Shown here piece after piece: positions 20,698 to 31,986 of a stretch of DNA of 64,000 nucleotides; the first letter of the stretch is position 1, and the number at the start of each line of letters is the position of its first letter. The DNA is taken from assembly GCA_963725045.1 (NCBI GenBank), contig CAVRWY010000005.1, positions 14,079 through 78,078 of the forward strand, written 5' to 3'. Source of the DNA: an uncultured Gemmatimonadales bacterium (GTDB taxonomy: Bacteria; ARS69). Below the pieces are notes generated by a model that saw nothing but the letters and a program-made list of their open reading frames with translations, ran no database searches and was not told the origin of the DNA. The translations under genes were made by a program, and so were the position numbers.

Positions 20698-21636
20698 CTA
20701 CTCTGTCACATCGACCACGTCTCCGGGATCGAAGTAGCCCAGCTTGTCCTTATGGATGGCGTTGTTGTGCAGCGGCACGAAAGTACCGCCCATGATCGTG
20801 TGAACATCTTTGTACTCGATGTCTTCGCAATCCGCGGAGTCGATGGATTCGAGTCCGCACTCACGGAAGTAGCCGTGGCCGCTTCCCATATTGTGCCCGA
20901 GCTCGTGGGCCATGACCTTGGGCCAGACTCGTTCCGCGTTGATCCAGGTTCCGCCGGCATGAAGGGCATAAGGTGTGAAATCCAGTCGAATATCGCCGAT
21001 GGTCCCTGTGCCTGCGTAGATCTGGCATGAAGCGGAGTACGGCTGGATGATCATGATGTGCTCGTAGGATTGCACGTCGAGATCGGGACGAGATTGTCGT
21101 GCGGCTCGAATGGCCGCCAACGCGATCCTCTCCTTGTGCCCCGCCTCGAAACAGTGATCTTCCGGCAGATCGAAGGGCAAAGTCACCCAGTCCACGATGT
21201 CGCCTTCGATTTGAACTTTGCCGTAAGAGTCCTCGTTGAAATGCGACCGTACGCTCACGTCTGCTGTGAATATGAGACTCTCAACTTCAGAGACCGTCGC
21301 ACCGTTCCGAGGTGCATTGGGGAATTCGACCAAGATCACGAGAATGTCCCGCCGGCCGAGGCGAGGTTCTGGAAGTGGGTACTCTTCGACCGCCTCTTCA
21401 CTGCGAGTGGAATGGTCTTGGTCGCTCACGCGGGATCCGTCCGGTCTGCGTAGAGTCTGCTGATAGAACACCTCGCTGCCGTCTGCGCTTTCGACGACGC
21501 TTGTCTCCAGCACGCTCGTTTCCTCGAGCGTGTCGGGGGATGCCACCGGAGCGTCGGAATCCGTGTCGTGAGACGAGCATGAAGCGAGGAAGCCAAGGAG
21601 GATGACGACCGAAGGGAATCGAAATGTTCCAGTCAT
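20698..21636 (-). CDS. metzincin-type zinc metalloprotease lipoprotein
   Basis: HELGHNMGSGH equals HExxHxxGxxH. Downstream Met-turn-like HTIMGG. Lipoprotein signal VVILLGFLASCSS. GGAGG SD before the ATG at 21636. GC about 50-55%. Confidence 0.65.
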   Translation of the reverse strand: MTGTFRFPSVVILLGFLASCSSHDTDSDAPVASPDTLEETSVLETSVVESADGSEVFYQQTLRRPDGSRVSDQDHSTRSEEAVEEYPLPEPRLGRRDILVILVEFPNAPRNGATVSEVESLIFTADVSVRSHFNEDSYGKVQIEGDIVDWVTLPFDLPEDHCFEAGHKERIALAAIRAARQSRPDLDVQSYEHIMIIQPYSASCQIYAGTGTIGDIRLDFTPYALHAGGTWINAERVWPKVMAHELGHNMGSGHGYFRECGLESIDSADCEDIEYKDVHTIMGGTFVPLHNNAIHKDKLGYFDPGDVVDVTE

Positions 21637-21867
21637 ACAGCGAACCTCCAATGGCGAGCGAGCGGTCATGGTCGCATGGTGACAGGACAACCCGGTGAAA
21701 GCAAGAGAGTTGCAGGACGTTCCCGGGTGGCAAGCTGATTGATTCGACGGCTGGCCTCGCCCTCCGCGCGATATTGTTGAATCCACCGCAGTTGAATGCT
21801 ATTCGTTAGCCAGCTTGAGAGGCTCCGCACTCCGGTTATGGTGCTCACCCGAGTAAGAATCACGACC

Positions 21868-22330
21868 ATGAACCTCAAAGAAGCGCTCCATCAGCTCAAA
21901 GCGCTCGGCAACGCGAAGGTGCGGGCAAGAGCGGCGCCGGCGACAATCAGTTCGGCGTGCAAGTCTCGGCGAAATTCGGGTGCTGGCGAAAAAGATCCGG
22001 ACGAACCATTTCGTTGGCTTTGTCGCTCTGGGAGACCGGAAACGTCGACGCCCAGTTCCTCGCCATTCTCTTGATCCAACCGAAGAAACTGTCGGCCGAC
22101 GAGATGGAACGGATGGTGCGGTCCGTTGCCTTTGTGCGCGTGGCGGACTGGCTCATCGCCTATGTCGTCAGGCAGCACCCCGACAAGGAAACTCTTCGCC
22201 GGAAATGGATGGCCACGGACGACCCTGGGCGGCCCGTCACCGGATGGGCCCTCACCACGGAGCGGGTCGCGGAGAGTGCGACGGGCTCGACCTCCCGGCG
22301 CGTAGGATCGCATCGGTCCGAGATGTGCCG
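21868..22330 (+). pseudogene. DNA alkylation repair protein (AlkD-like HEAT-repeat glycosylase), frameshifted; end uncertain
   Basis: MNLKEALHQLKALGNAKVRA and LALSLWETGNVDAQFLAILLIQPKKL...EMERMVRSV match the AlkD family but lie in different frames. Confidence 0.5.
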
Positions 22331-22562
22331 GCGTCCGATCCGGAAGTGCAGTGTGACGATGAACATGGCTCTTGCGCGATCGGATTCTACTGGGCCCCGC
22401 GAGCTCCGCAAGCGGGCCATCGACGATCGGCGAGAAGGTACGACTGCTATCGGGAGTGCGCCCCGGTGTCGAAAGCCGTTGCACGCCCGTCTTCGCCCGA
22501 ATCTGGATCGCACTGCATGGTGAGCCGGCAAGGCTAAACGAACACGGTCGAAGGAGGTCCCG

Positions 22563-23433
22563 ATGCGTTGCGTTGGCGTGTGGCTCGTCGCAGCGCTGCA
22601 GCTCCTTGCCGTTCCATCTGTCGGAGCGACCCAAGGCGTGCCGCCACCGCTAGCACCAGTGGAACATGTTTACGCGCAGCCGGGCGGCACGCAGCTCAAG
22701 GCCTACGTCTTCTCACCGGGAAAGCCTGGTGGAGAGAGACGGCCGCAATCGTGCTGTTCCATGGCGGCGGCTGGGCGATGGGAGAGCCGGCGTGGGCGTT
22801 CTCCCGCGCGCAGCACTTCGCCGAACGCGGGATGGTGGCGATTGCGGCGCAGTATCGTCTTTCCGATCAGAAGGCCATCACACCACACGAAGCGATGGCG
22901 GACGCACGTGCAGTGATCCGCTGGGTGCGAGCGCACGCAGACTCCTTGGGCATCGATCCGAAACGCGTTGCGGCGTACGGCTGGTCCGCAGGGGGCCATC
23001 TCGCGGCCGTCCGCGGCGATATTCGACAAGGGCGCTTCCGAGGGACAGCGTCACCGCAAGGCCTGACGCGCTCGTCCTCGTCTCTCCTGCAGTCTCACTG
23101 GCGGACGATGGCTGGGTGCAGCGTCTCCTGATGGGTCGGGGGAGCGCGCGAGACATCTCACCCGACGAGCATGTGCGCAAGGGACTTCCCCCGGCGCTGA
23201 TTCTCCAGGGCGACGTCGATACGGTGACGCCTGTGACCGGCGCGAGGCGATTCTGTGAGCGCATGCGCGCTGCCGGCAACGTGTGCGAGCTCCACGTCTA
23301 TGAGGGCTTCGGCCATTTGTTTACGCCCGCGGGCACTCCGGATGACGGCATGCCGCAGCCGGATCCGGCCACTGCGGCAGATGCTGCGCGCCGGGCCGAC
23401 CGCTTCCTGGAGTCACTGGGATTCCTGAAATGA
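22563..23433 (+). CDS. secreted alpha/beta-hydrolase (esterase/lipase fold-3), two frameshifts
   Basis: Signal peptide. HGGGW oxyanion motif. GWSAGGHLAA equals GxSxG. C-terminal GFGHLF. Pieces in frames 0, 2, 1. Confidence 0.6.
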
Positions 23434-23455
23434 ACCAACGTGCGTAGGCAGTACG

Positions 23456-24007
23456 TTGCGCGAGGAGAAGATGCAGCTCGACAATCTTCGCTATCCTATC
23501 GGCCGCTTTACGGCGCCCGAGGTCGTGTCCCCCGCTCAGGTCGAGTCTTGGATCAAGGACATCGAGGACTTTCCGGCGACGCTCCGGTCGGTTGTTGAAC
23601 GCCTGACCCCCGAGCAGCTGGAAACACCGTACCGACCCGACGGGTGGAGTGTGCGACAGGTCGTTCACCACCTCGCAGACAGTCATCTGAACAGCTTCAT
23701 TCGTTTCAAGTGGGCGCTCACCGAGAATCGCCCGACGATCAAACCGTATTTCGAAGATCGCTGGGCAACCCTTCCCGACTACTCGGACGTCCCGGCGACG
23801 ACTTCGCTGCTGCTCCTTGATGCGCTTCACAGACGTTGGGTGAGCCTCCTTCGCGGTCTGGATGCGGTCGACTTACAGCGAGAGTTCGTGCATCCGGAGT
23901 CCGGCCCGATTCGTCTCGACGTGAACATAGGGATCTACGCGTGGCATGGACGTCATCATCTGGCGCACATCACTCGCCTGGTCGAACGGGAGGGGTGGGC
24001 TTCCTAA
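23456..24007 (+). CDS. DinB/YfiT-like putative metal-dependent hydrolase
   Basis: DinB_2 fold features, conserved His (VHHLADSHLNS, AWHGRHHLAHI). Confidence 0.75.
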   Translation: MREEKMQLDNLRYPIGRFTAPEVVSPAQVESWIKDIEDFPATLRSVVERLTPEQLETPYRPDGWSVRQVVHHLADSHLNSFIRFKWALTENRPTIKPYFEDRWATLPDYSDVPATTSLLLLDALHRRWVSLLRGLDAVDLQREFVHPESGPIRLDVNIGIYAWHGRHHLAHITRLVEREGWAS

Positions 24008-26569
24008 CACGCGGGGCGTCCGTCCGAGCAGGAACTCATTCCATTGTGTCGCTGAAGCCCATCTTCTTCAGGAAGGCTTCCCACCGCGGATCGCCATGAA
24101 GGGAACGCAGGTGGCGACTGACCTTCAGCCCGATGATCCCAGCGTCCCGTTGCTCGTATGCCCGATCCAGCCACTCGAACGCCGCGTTGATCTCGCCGCG
24201 AACCGCATGCACTTCTGCGATCTGATAGCGCGAGGTCCTCTCCGTTCTTTGGAATCAGCTCCCGCAGCGCTTGGTCCGACTCGAGAGGGCGTCCGGCCAT
24301 GTGGTGAACGATCGCCAGCGCCCAGAGCCGCCATCCTTCTTCCGGCTCCCTTTTCGCCTCGGCGAAAGCCTCTTCGACTCTGTTCTGAGCGAGCAAGGTC
24401 AGCGAGAGCATCGCGCTGGTGTCGCCCCTCTCCCGGGTGAGATCCCGCGCTTGGCGATACGCCTGCTCTGCCTCCACAAGGCGATCCGCGCTGAAAAGAA
24501 CGACTCCGAGATTGGAGTAGCATCCTGAGTTCAAAGGATCCTGCTCGACTGCCCGCCGGCAGAGCTCGATTCCCTCATCGAAACGGCCCATGAATTCCGC
24601 CAGCGAGGCGGCCCTGCGCAGCACCAGGGCGTTTCCCGGCGCCAGCTCCAACGCCCGCGCAAACGCCGCCTCCGCACCTGGCCAGTCGCAGTCGTAGTTC
24701 AGGTGGATCCATCCGATCGCTGCGTGTCCCTCGGCCAGATCTGGTTCCAGGGCCAAGGCAGCCTCCGCCGCCTCCCGAGATCGAGCCCATGCTTCGACCA
24801 CCGGCGTCCACGCCTTAATCGCCTGGTGCGAGTACGCCCGACTCAGCTCGACCCACCCGAATGCGAACTCAGGATCTCGTTCCAAGGCTTGCTTCAGATA
24901 GTCGATCGCCTTCAGCGTCTCCTGGTGGATTACTCGATCGTTCAGGTGACGGGCCATGAGATAGAGCCGGTGGGCTTCGGGATCGGTGCCGCGCCCCCTT
25001 GCTGCTCTGGCCACGTCCGTCTTCGTCTGCGTGGTGTTGAAGGCGGCATCGCCGCCCAGCAGCTTCCTGCGCAGCTCTATGACCACCGCTTGTGCGATGT
25101 CGTCCTGGACGGCAAAGAGATCGTCCAGCGTGCGATCGTAGATCTCCGACCAGAGGTGGTAGCCGTCGGCGACATTCACCAGTTGCACCGAGATCCGCAC
25201 GCGGTTTCCCGCCTTGCGGACGCTGCCTTCGAGCACCGCGGCAACGTGGAGGGCTTTCCCCACCTCGGCAATCGTCGTGTCCTTTCCCTTGAAATGAAAC
25301 GCGGACGTTCGCGCCGCCACACGCAGGCCCTCGATCTTGGCGAGCATGTTCAGGAGCTCGTCGGCCAGTCCATCGGAGAAGTACTCGTCTTCGGTGCTTG
25401 CACTTCGGTTCACGAACGGCAGCACCGCGATGGACGCCACCTTCTCGGGGAAGGCTTCCTCGGGTGTCCGGGACTCCACGCCCACTTCGCGCTCGAGACC
25501 ACGCCTCAGCCGCCGGAGCTCACTCGACAGGTCGAGCACGCTCTGGAAGCGCTTGCCAGATTCTTTCTCCAGGCACCGGCTGACGATGCGTTCGAGCGCG
25601 AGCGGGACATCGTCGCGCAACTTGGACAGTGGTTCAGGCGTCTGGTTCAGGATCGCCGGCGATCACGACCGTTGCGGTCGATCCCTCGAACGGAAGGCGG
25701 CCCGCAAGGAGCTCGTAGAGCAGGATCCCGAATGCGAAGATGTCGGCTCGTGCATCCACGGTCTCGGCGCGAATCTGTTCCGGCGCCATATAGGGAATCG
25801 TGCCCGACCACGCTGGACATCGGAGAGCTCGCCGGCCGACAGTGTCATTGCGTCGGCCGCTGCCGCGTCCGGTGCCAGCTTGGCGACTCCGAAGTCGAGA
25901 ACCTTGACCCGTCCTTCGGGTGGTTACCATGACGTTCGCGGGTTTGAGGTCGCTGTGCACGACGCCCTTCTCGTGCGCGGCCGCCAGCGCGTCGGCGATC
26001 TCGACCGCCATGTCGAGAACATGGGAGACCGGCAACCCGCCGGGTCTGACGAGATCGAGAAGGCTTCGGCCGGCGACGAGCTCCATGGTGAGGAAGCGAA
26101 TGTCGCCCTCATCCTCGACTGAAAAGAGCGTGACGATGTTGGAATGGTTCAGGCCGGCAAGAATGCGGGCCTCTCGCTCGAAACGCTCCAAGTGTTCGGT
26201 CCTGCTCGCGAAAGCATCGGGGAGCACTTTGAGCGCGATCTCGCGGCCGAGACGCAGGTCTTTCGCGCGATACACGTCTCCCATTCCGCCCGCGCCGAGC
26301 GGGGCAATGATCTTGTAGGTGCCGAGTTGCGTACCGGGAGCCAGTGGCGTTGGGCGCCGAGGACGATCGAGTTTTGCGACCGATTCTCGGGTCGTGAGGA
26401 AGTGATCGTCGGACAGATGTTGGCGAGCCGCCAGAAGGCGGCTGACTTCATCACGGAGCTCGAGATCATGGCCGCATGCGGACTCGATGAAAGCGGCTCG
26501 TGCTGCTTCGGGCTGCGCCCGCGCCTGCGCGAACAGATGCCGGATGCGCTCCCAACGGTCCGGGTTCAT
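24004..26569 (-). CDS. Ser/Thr protein kinase with C-terminal TPR-repeat domain; at least 3 frameshifts
   Basis: Kinase subdomains GAGGMGDVYRA, ALKVL, HSDLKPANVMV, DFG (other frame), PYMAPEQ, then TPR repeats. Pieces are ORFs 25634..26569 and 24004..25620 plus a short segment in a third frame. Confidence 0.75.
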
Positions 26570-26801
26570 ACGTAGCGTCCGGGGTGATCGAGAGCCGCGG
26601 GCGGACGCCCGCCTGGAAGGAGAATCGCCATGAAGAAGAGAACACCCGAGCAGATGATGGAGTCAACGGTCACTACGGCGTGGCCGCTGGTATCAACAAG
26701 CGGTTGCAGCCGGCGGACGCCGAGTGAGAAGCTACTCCCGTTGAACGAGCCCGCGGTCGCGCCTGCGCGCCGCAGACACACGCCTGTCGAAGGAGCCTGA
26801 G

Positions 26802-27247
26802 ATGCCGAACACTGTCCGACTCCACCGCGTGCTGCGGTCGCCGCCCGAGCGAGTCTATCGCGCGTTCCTCGACGCCGACGCAAAGGCCAAGTGGCTGCCG
26901 CCGAACGGCTTCACCGGCAAGGTTCACCACTCGGACGCGAGGGTCGGCGGCACGTACAAGATGTCGTTCACCAACTTCACCACCGGCAAGAGCCACTCCT
27001 TCGGCGGCAAATACACCGAACTCGTCCCGCACGAGCGGATCCGATACACGGACACGTTCGACGATCCGAATTTGCCGGGCGAGATGCAGGTCACGGTCAA
27101 CCTCAAGAAGGTCTCGGTCGGGACGGAACGTGAGCATCGTGCAGGAGGGGATTCCCGACATGATCCCCGCCGAGGCGTGCTATCTCGGCTGGCAGGAATC
27201 GCTCATGCTCCTGGCGAAGCTGGTCGAGGCGGAGATTCCGGAGTAGC
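26802..27247 (+). CDS. SRPBCC (AHSA1-like) protein, frameshift near 27125
   Basis: RVYRAFLDADAKAKWL...VGGTYKMSF...; C-terminus QEGIPDMIPAEACYLGWQESL lies in another frame. Confidence 0.65.
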
Positions 27248-27277
27248 CCAGGGCAGTGCGGAGAGGGAGGAGAGAGT

Positions 27278-27781
27278 GTGGACTTCGACACGTTGTGGAC
27301 AGTCGCCGATCGCGCGCGACTGCGAGGGAAACTGCCGCAGGCGGACGTCGCATTTCTCCGCGATGTCGTTCCTGTGGAGCTCGAGTCGTTCCCGCGCCTG
27401 AAGTTGCCGAAGGCCATTCGACATCCGCGTGGCTTCTCCATCACCGGAGCGCCGGTCGGAACCTTTCTTCGGAGCGCGCTTCTGGTCGCCGGACAAAAGG
27501 CGCTTGGCAACAGGTACGGCGGCTCACCATTCTATGAGAGCGTGGAGAAGGACCTCGCCTTCGGAATCATGCGGTCGCATTTCCACCATGGCTATCCGAA
27601 GGGAACACATTGCTGCGTCCAATGCTACGTTGGCCGTGTACCCCGTCTTGGAGGCTGGCGCGATTCGGTACTTCGACTGCGCCGAGCTGGCGAAGAGACC
27701 TGCGCCGACTCATTGAAAAGGGCGGGTGGAGATTCTCGAAATCCAGCCAATCCGAAATTGGTTCGCTGGGCACTGGGATAG
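27278..27781 (+). CDS. hypothetical protein
   Basis: ORF only. No family recognised. Confidence 0.25.
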   Translation: MDFDTLWTVADRARLRGKLPQADVAFLRDVVPVELESFPRLKLPKAIRHPRGFSITGAPVGTFLRSALLVAGQKALGNRYGGSPFYESVEKDLAFGIMRSHFHHGYPKGTHCCVQCYVGRVPRLGGWRDSVLRLRRAGEETCADSLKRAGGDSRNPANPKLVRWALG

Positions 27782-28011
27782 GACGTTGAACGAGCGATGA
27801 GCATTGCCGATGTGGTGGCCCTTGTTCTGTCTCGCGTACGACGTGACGGCGGCAACGCTCGACGGACGGCGCCTTGCGCTCCTCGCCGTTAGGGTTAGAT
27901 ACTCCTCGAGCCGCAACTGACCGTAGCGGTACCCGCGCCCCGGCCACGTGTTTTCGAGGACTGGCTGCGAGAGCCGGACCTTTCCTCTCATTCGATTCTT
28001 GGAGCTATACG

Positions 28012-28841
28012 ATGAGCACGATTACCACTAGTGACGGGACCCAGATCTACTTCAAGGATTGGGGCCCCAGAACGCCCAGCCGATCGTGTTCCACCATGGC
28101 TGGCCATTGAGCGGCGACGACTGGGACACCCAGATGCTCTACTTCGTCGGTAAGGGTTTTCGCGTCATCGCCCACGACCGGCGCGGCCACGGGCGCTCGG
28201 CACAAGTGAGCGACGGTCACGACATGGATCACTACGCCGCAGACGTCGCTGCCATGGTCGAGCATCTCGGCCTCCACAACGCCGTCCACATCGGTCACTC
28301 CACCGGCGGAGGCGAGGCGGCCCACTACGTCGCCCGCCACGGCAAGGGACGCGTCGCCAAACTCGTGCTCATCGGCGCGGTGCCGCCGCTCTTGGTGAAG
28401 ACGCCGGCAAATCCGGGCGGCCTGCCTATCGAGGTGTTCGACGGGCTCCGTCAGGCGCTCGCCGCCAATCGCGCGCAGTTCTACCGCGAATTCGCCAGCG
28501 GTCCCTTCTACAGCTTCAACCGGCCGGGCGCGAAAGTCTCCCAACCGGTGATCGACAATTGGTGGCGGCAGGCCATGATGGGCGGTGCCAAAGCGCAGTA
28601 CGACGGCATCAAGGCCTTCTCGGAAACGGATTTCACCGACGATCTGAAAGCCATCGAGGTGCCGACCTTCGTCATGCATGGCGACGACGATCAGATCGTG
28701 CCCATCGCCAATTCGGCGCCGCTCTCGGCGAAGCTTCTGAAGAAGGGCGTTCCGAAGATCTATGAGAAGCTCCCGCATGGGATGAGCACCACGCATGCCG
28801 ACGTGGTGAACCCCGACATCTTGGCTTTCATCAAGGGCTGA
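28012..28841 (+). CDS. non-heme chloroperoxidase / alpha/beta hydrolase, frameshift near 28060
   Basis: [20 protein letters not shown] (nucleophile elbow), catalytic Asp/His context. N-terminus [19 protein letters not shown] in another frame. Confidence 0.7.
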
Positions 28842-28850
28842 GTGCCTTGC

Positions 28851-28904
28851 AACTGCCGGCTTCCAGTCGGGGCGTGGTAGCCTCACGGGCAAGCCGGCAG
28901 TTGA
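28851..28904. promoter_or_regulatory. perfect 13-bp inverted repeat CAACTGCCGGCTT-28nt-AAGCCGGCAGTTG between chloroperoxidase and the LAL regulator
   Basis: Seen in sequence. Candidate operator or large hairpin. Confidence 0.35.
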
Positions 28905-28928
28905 CGTCTGGGGAATCACGGCGAATCC

Positions 28929-31842
28929 ATGGCTGAGACCGCCCTGATCGGACGCGAGACCGAGTCGAGAGCGCTCACCGTACGAATCGACGCCGCGAGA
29001 GAGGGAAGCGGCGGAGCGATCGTGGTACGCGGAGCCCCGGGCATCGGCAAGACGTCCGCTGCTCGAGGCGGCCAGGTCGCATGCCTCGACAACGGGACTC
29101 CAGTCCTGAGCGCCACGGGCGTTCAGTCCGAGACACATCTTCCGTTCGCCGGCCTGCATCAGCTTCTCCGGCCCAGTGCTCCATCGACGTCGACCGACTC
29201 CCCGTCTCGTACGTCAAAGGCGCTCCAGGGCGCGTTCGGTCTGAGCGACGAGCCGGTGACCGAGCTCGCACCTCGTCGCCATGTCGATGCTTCACCTGCT
29301 CGGCGAAAGCGCGGAACGCGCCCCGCTGCTGTTGCTCGTCGACGACGCGCAATGGATCGACGGTGCCACGGTGGGCGCCCTGGCTTTCGTCGCGCGCCGA
29401 TTGGAGTCGGACCCCATCGCTGATGATCGCCGCGCTCCGCGACGGCTTCGAGAGCCCCTTTCTCGAGGCCGGGAATCCCCGAGCTGACGATCGAGGCACT
29501 CACGGACGCACAGGCGGAGGCCCTGCTCGACGCGCGTCTCGCCGACGCTCGATCCGGGGCTTCGCGACCGAGTGCTCCGGAACGCCGCCGGGAACCCTCT
29601 CGCGTTGGTCGAGCTGTCGACCGCGCTTCGTTCGACCGTCGACGCGGATCGCGTGTTCCGCGGCTCCGAGCTGCCGCTCACCGCCCGACTTGGAGCGGGC
29701 GTTCGCGGACCGCCTCGCGAGCCTTGCCTCCGAAACCGCGCAGTTTCCTTCGCGTCGCGGCCGCCGACGAGCGCGGCCTGGTCGCGGAGCTCTTGACGGC
29801 CGCGTCGAAGCTCGCGAGTCGCCAGGTCACGCTCGAGGCAGCGACCGAGGCGAAAGCTGCGGGTTTCGTCGAGGTCGACGGTTCCGGAATCTGCGCTTTC
29901 GTCATCCGTTGATGCGCTCCGCGATCCAGCAAGCGATGAGCCTCGAGGAGCGACGGGCCACGCATGCCGCGCTGGCGGCGACGCTAATGGAGGATCCCGA
30001 CCGCAACGCTGGCATCGGGCGGCCGCGACGGTGGGAGCCAATGAAGGCGTCATCGCCGCCGAGTCTGCAGGCGATCGCTCGTCGCGCAAACGGCGAGGAG
30101 ACGATCGGCGTGGCGATGCAGGCGCCGACCGGGCCGCACAGCTCGCCGACAAACCCGAGACGGCGATCGCCATCTCCTCGCGCGGCGGTCCTAGCGCTGA
30201 TCCTCGGAATGGGTCGCGCAAGTCGATGTCCTGCGCTTCCTCGACACGATCGACGACGAGCACGTTCCCGCCGTGGACCGGCCGTCCTTGTCACGATGCG
30301 CGAGCTCGTACGGACGCAACGCCCCGTCCGGAGCGTCGACGGCATCCCGGAGTTCGTCGAGATCGCGGATCGGCTTCGCGCCGAGGGGGAGGTCGACGTG
30401 GAATGGCCATGCTGTCCGTGATCGCGAATCGGTGCTGGTGGTCCAATCCGAGCGAGGACAACTCGCGAGGCCTTGTCGCAGTCCTGGAGCGATTCCCCGT
30501 ACCCGAGGACGATCCTCGCGTGGACCTCGCCACGCGCGCTGGCGAGCCCGGTCGAGCACGGAGCGATCGTTCTCGATCACCTGTCGCGTCGCACGGCAGA
30601 GCGCCGAGAGGCGGCGACGCTTCGGCCGACGCGACAGCTCGGCCTGGCCGCACACTCGGTCGGCGACTTCGTCCGTGCCGAGCGCTTCTACGACGCCCAC
30701 GCCCAGTTCTACCGCGCCCAGGGCTGCTCGGCGGACTCGTCCGTCGCTGGTGAAGCTCGCGTGGACAAGATCCAGCTCGGCGACTGGAGGAGCGCGGTAT
30801 CGATGGCGAGCGAGGCCGGCGCGATTGGGAGCGAAACGGGGCAGCTGGATCTCGCGGCGGCCGCGAACCTCGCCGCCGCGACGATCGCCGCGTATCGAGG
30901 CGAAACTCGAGCGTCGCTGAGCGGCTCGCCGCCGCCGGCGAGGGGATGACTCGGTCCCCATGGGCGCGAACCCCGAGCTGGCGATGGCTGCAGTGGCCAC
31001 GAGGGGTGCGCCGCGCTCGCGGCGGGTCGCTACGACGAGGCCTATCGGGCAGCTGAGCCGCATCTTCGATCCGATCGGACGACTGCCTACCATCCGCACG
31101 TGCGGAGTTGGGTTCTGGTCGACCTCGTCGAGGCGGCGGTGCACTCGCGGACAGCGAGGGCGACGCCGCGCGACTCGTGCGGGAGCTGGAGCCGATCGTC
31201 GCTCGCGCGATGGCCGTTCCTCGTCGCAGGGCGCCCTGCAGTACGCGCGATGCCGTGCTGTCTCCCGACGGCAACGAGGAGGCGTTTCGAGCCGACGCGG
31301 AACTCGCGACCTGGCCGTTCACGCGTGCGCGCCTGCAGCTCGCGTACGGCGTCTGGCTCAGGCGGCAGCGCCGACCCGCCGATTCGCGGGCTCCGCTGCG
31401 GGCGGCGCGTGATGCGTTCGACGCGCTCGGGGCCGTGCCGTGGGGCGAACGCGCGCGTCAGGAACTACGCGCATCGGGGGAGACGAGCCGCCGGCGGACG
31501 TACGACCTCATCGACGCGCTGTCTCCTCAGGAGCTGCAGATCGCCCAGCTGGCAGCCGACGGGCTGAGCAACAAGGAGATCGGCCAGCAACTGTTCGTCT
31601 CGCACCGGACGATCGGCACCCACCTCTACCGGATCTTCCCCAAGCTCGGAATCACGGCGCGATCCCACTTGAGCTCCGCGCTGCAAAACCGCTCCACGAA
31701 GCCCCTTAGCGGCCGCTGCCGGCCCATCCGCGGCCAGGCTGGGCGAACAGCCCCGGAGCGGCCCTTCTCTTTCAGTCATGTGACGTACGCGACGACCGCC
31801 CCGTTCGCCGCATCCTCCGCGCGTCGGGAGAGGGCGGCCTGA
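28929..31842 (+). pseudogene. LAL/LuxR-family large ATP-dependent regulator (AAA ATPase N-terminus, TPR-like middle, C-terminal LuxR HTH), fragmented by at least 7 frameshifts
   Basis: P-loop GAPGIGKTS at the N-terminus. C-terminal LSPQELQIAQLAADGLSNKEIGQQLFVSHRTIGTHLYRIFPKLGI equals a LuxR HTH. Pieces in ORFs 28929, 29281, 29572, 29724, 30473, 31108 and others across all three frames. Confidence 0.55.
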
Positions 31843-31986
31843 GGCCCGATGAGCCGCCTCGGTGGAACTCGACGGAGTCGATGCGGCTCGACCACCACCC
31901 GCGAACTGGGGCTCGCAGTTCTGTTCCTGGCTGTTGCGGCGTTTTCGCCGGCTACGGCTACACAGCTCGACAAGGAGGAGACCCAA

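Noticed and set aside
24703-25932. 409-aa + ORF antisense to the kinase TPR domain, and minus-strand ORFs through the LAL regulator (29292..30263, 30291..31322)
   Set aside because: Antisense or alternate-frame noise in GC-rich DNA. The sense-strand genes have recognisable domains despite frameshifts.
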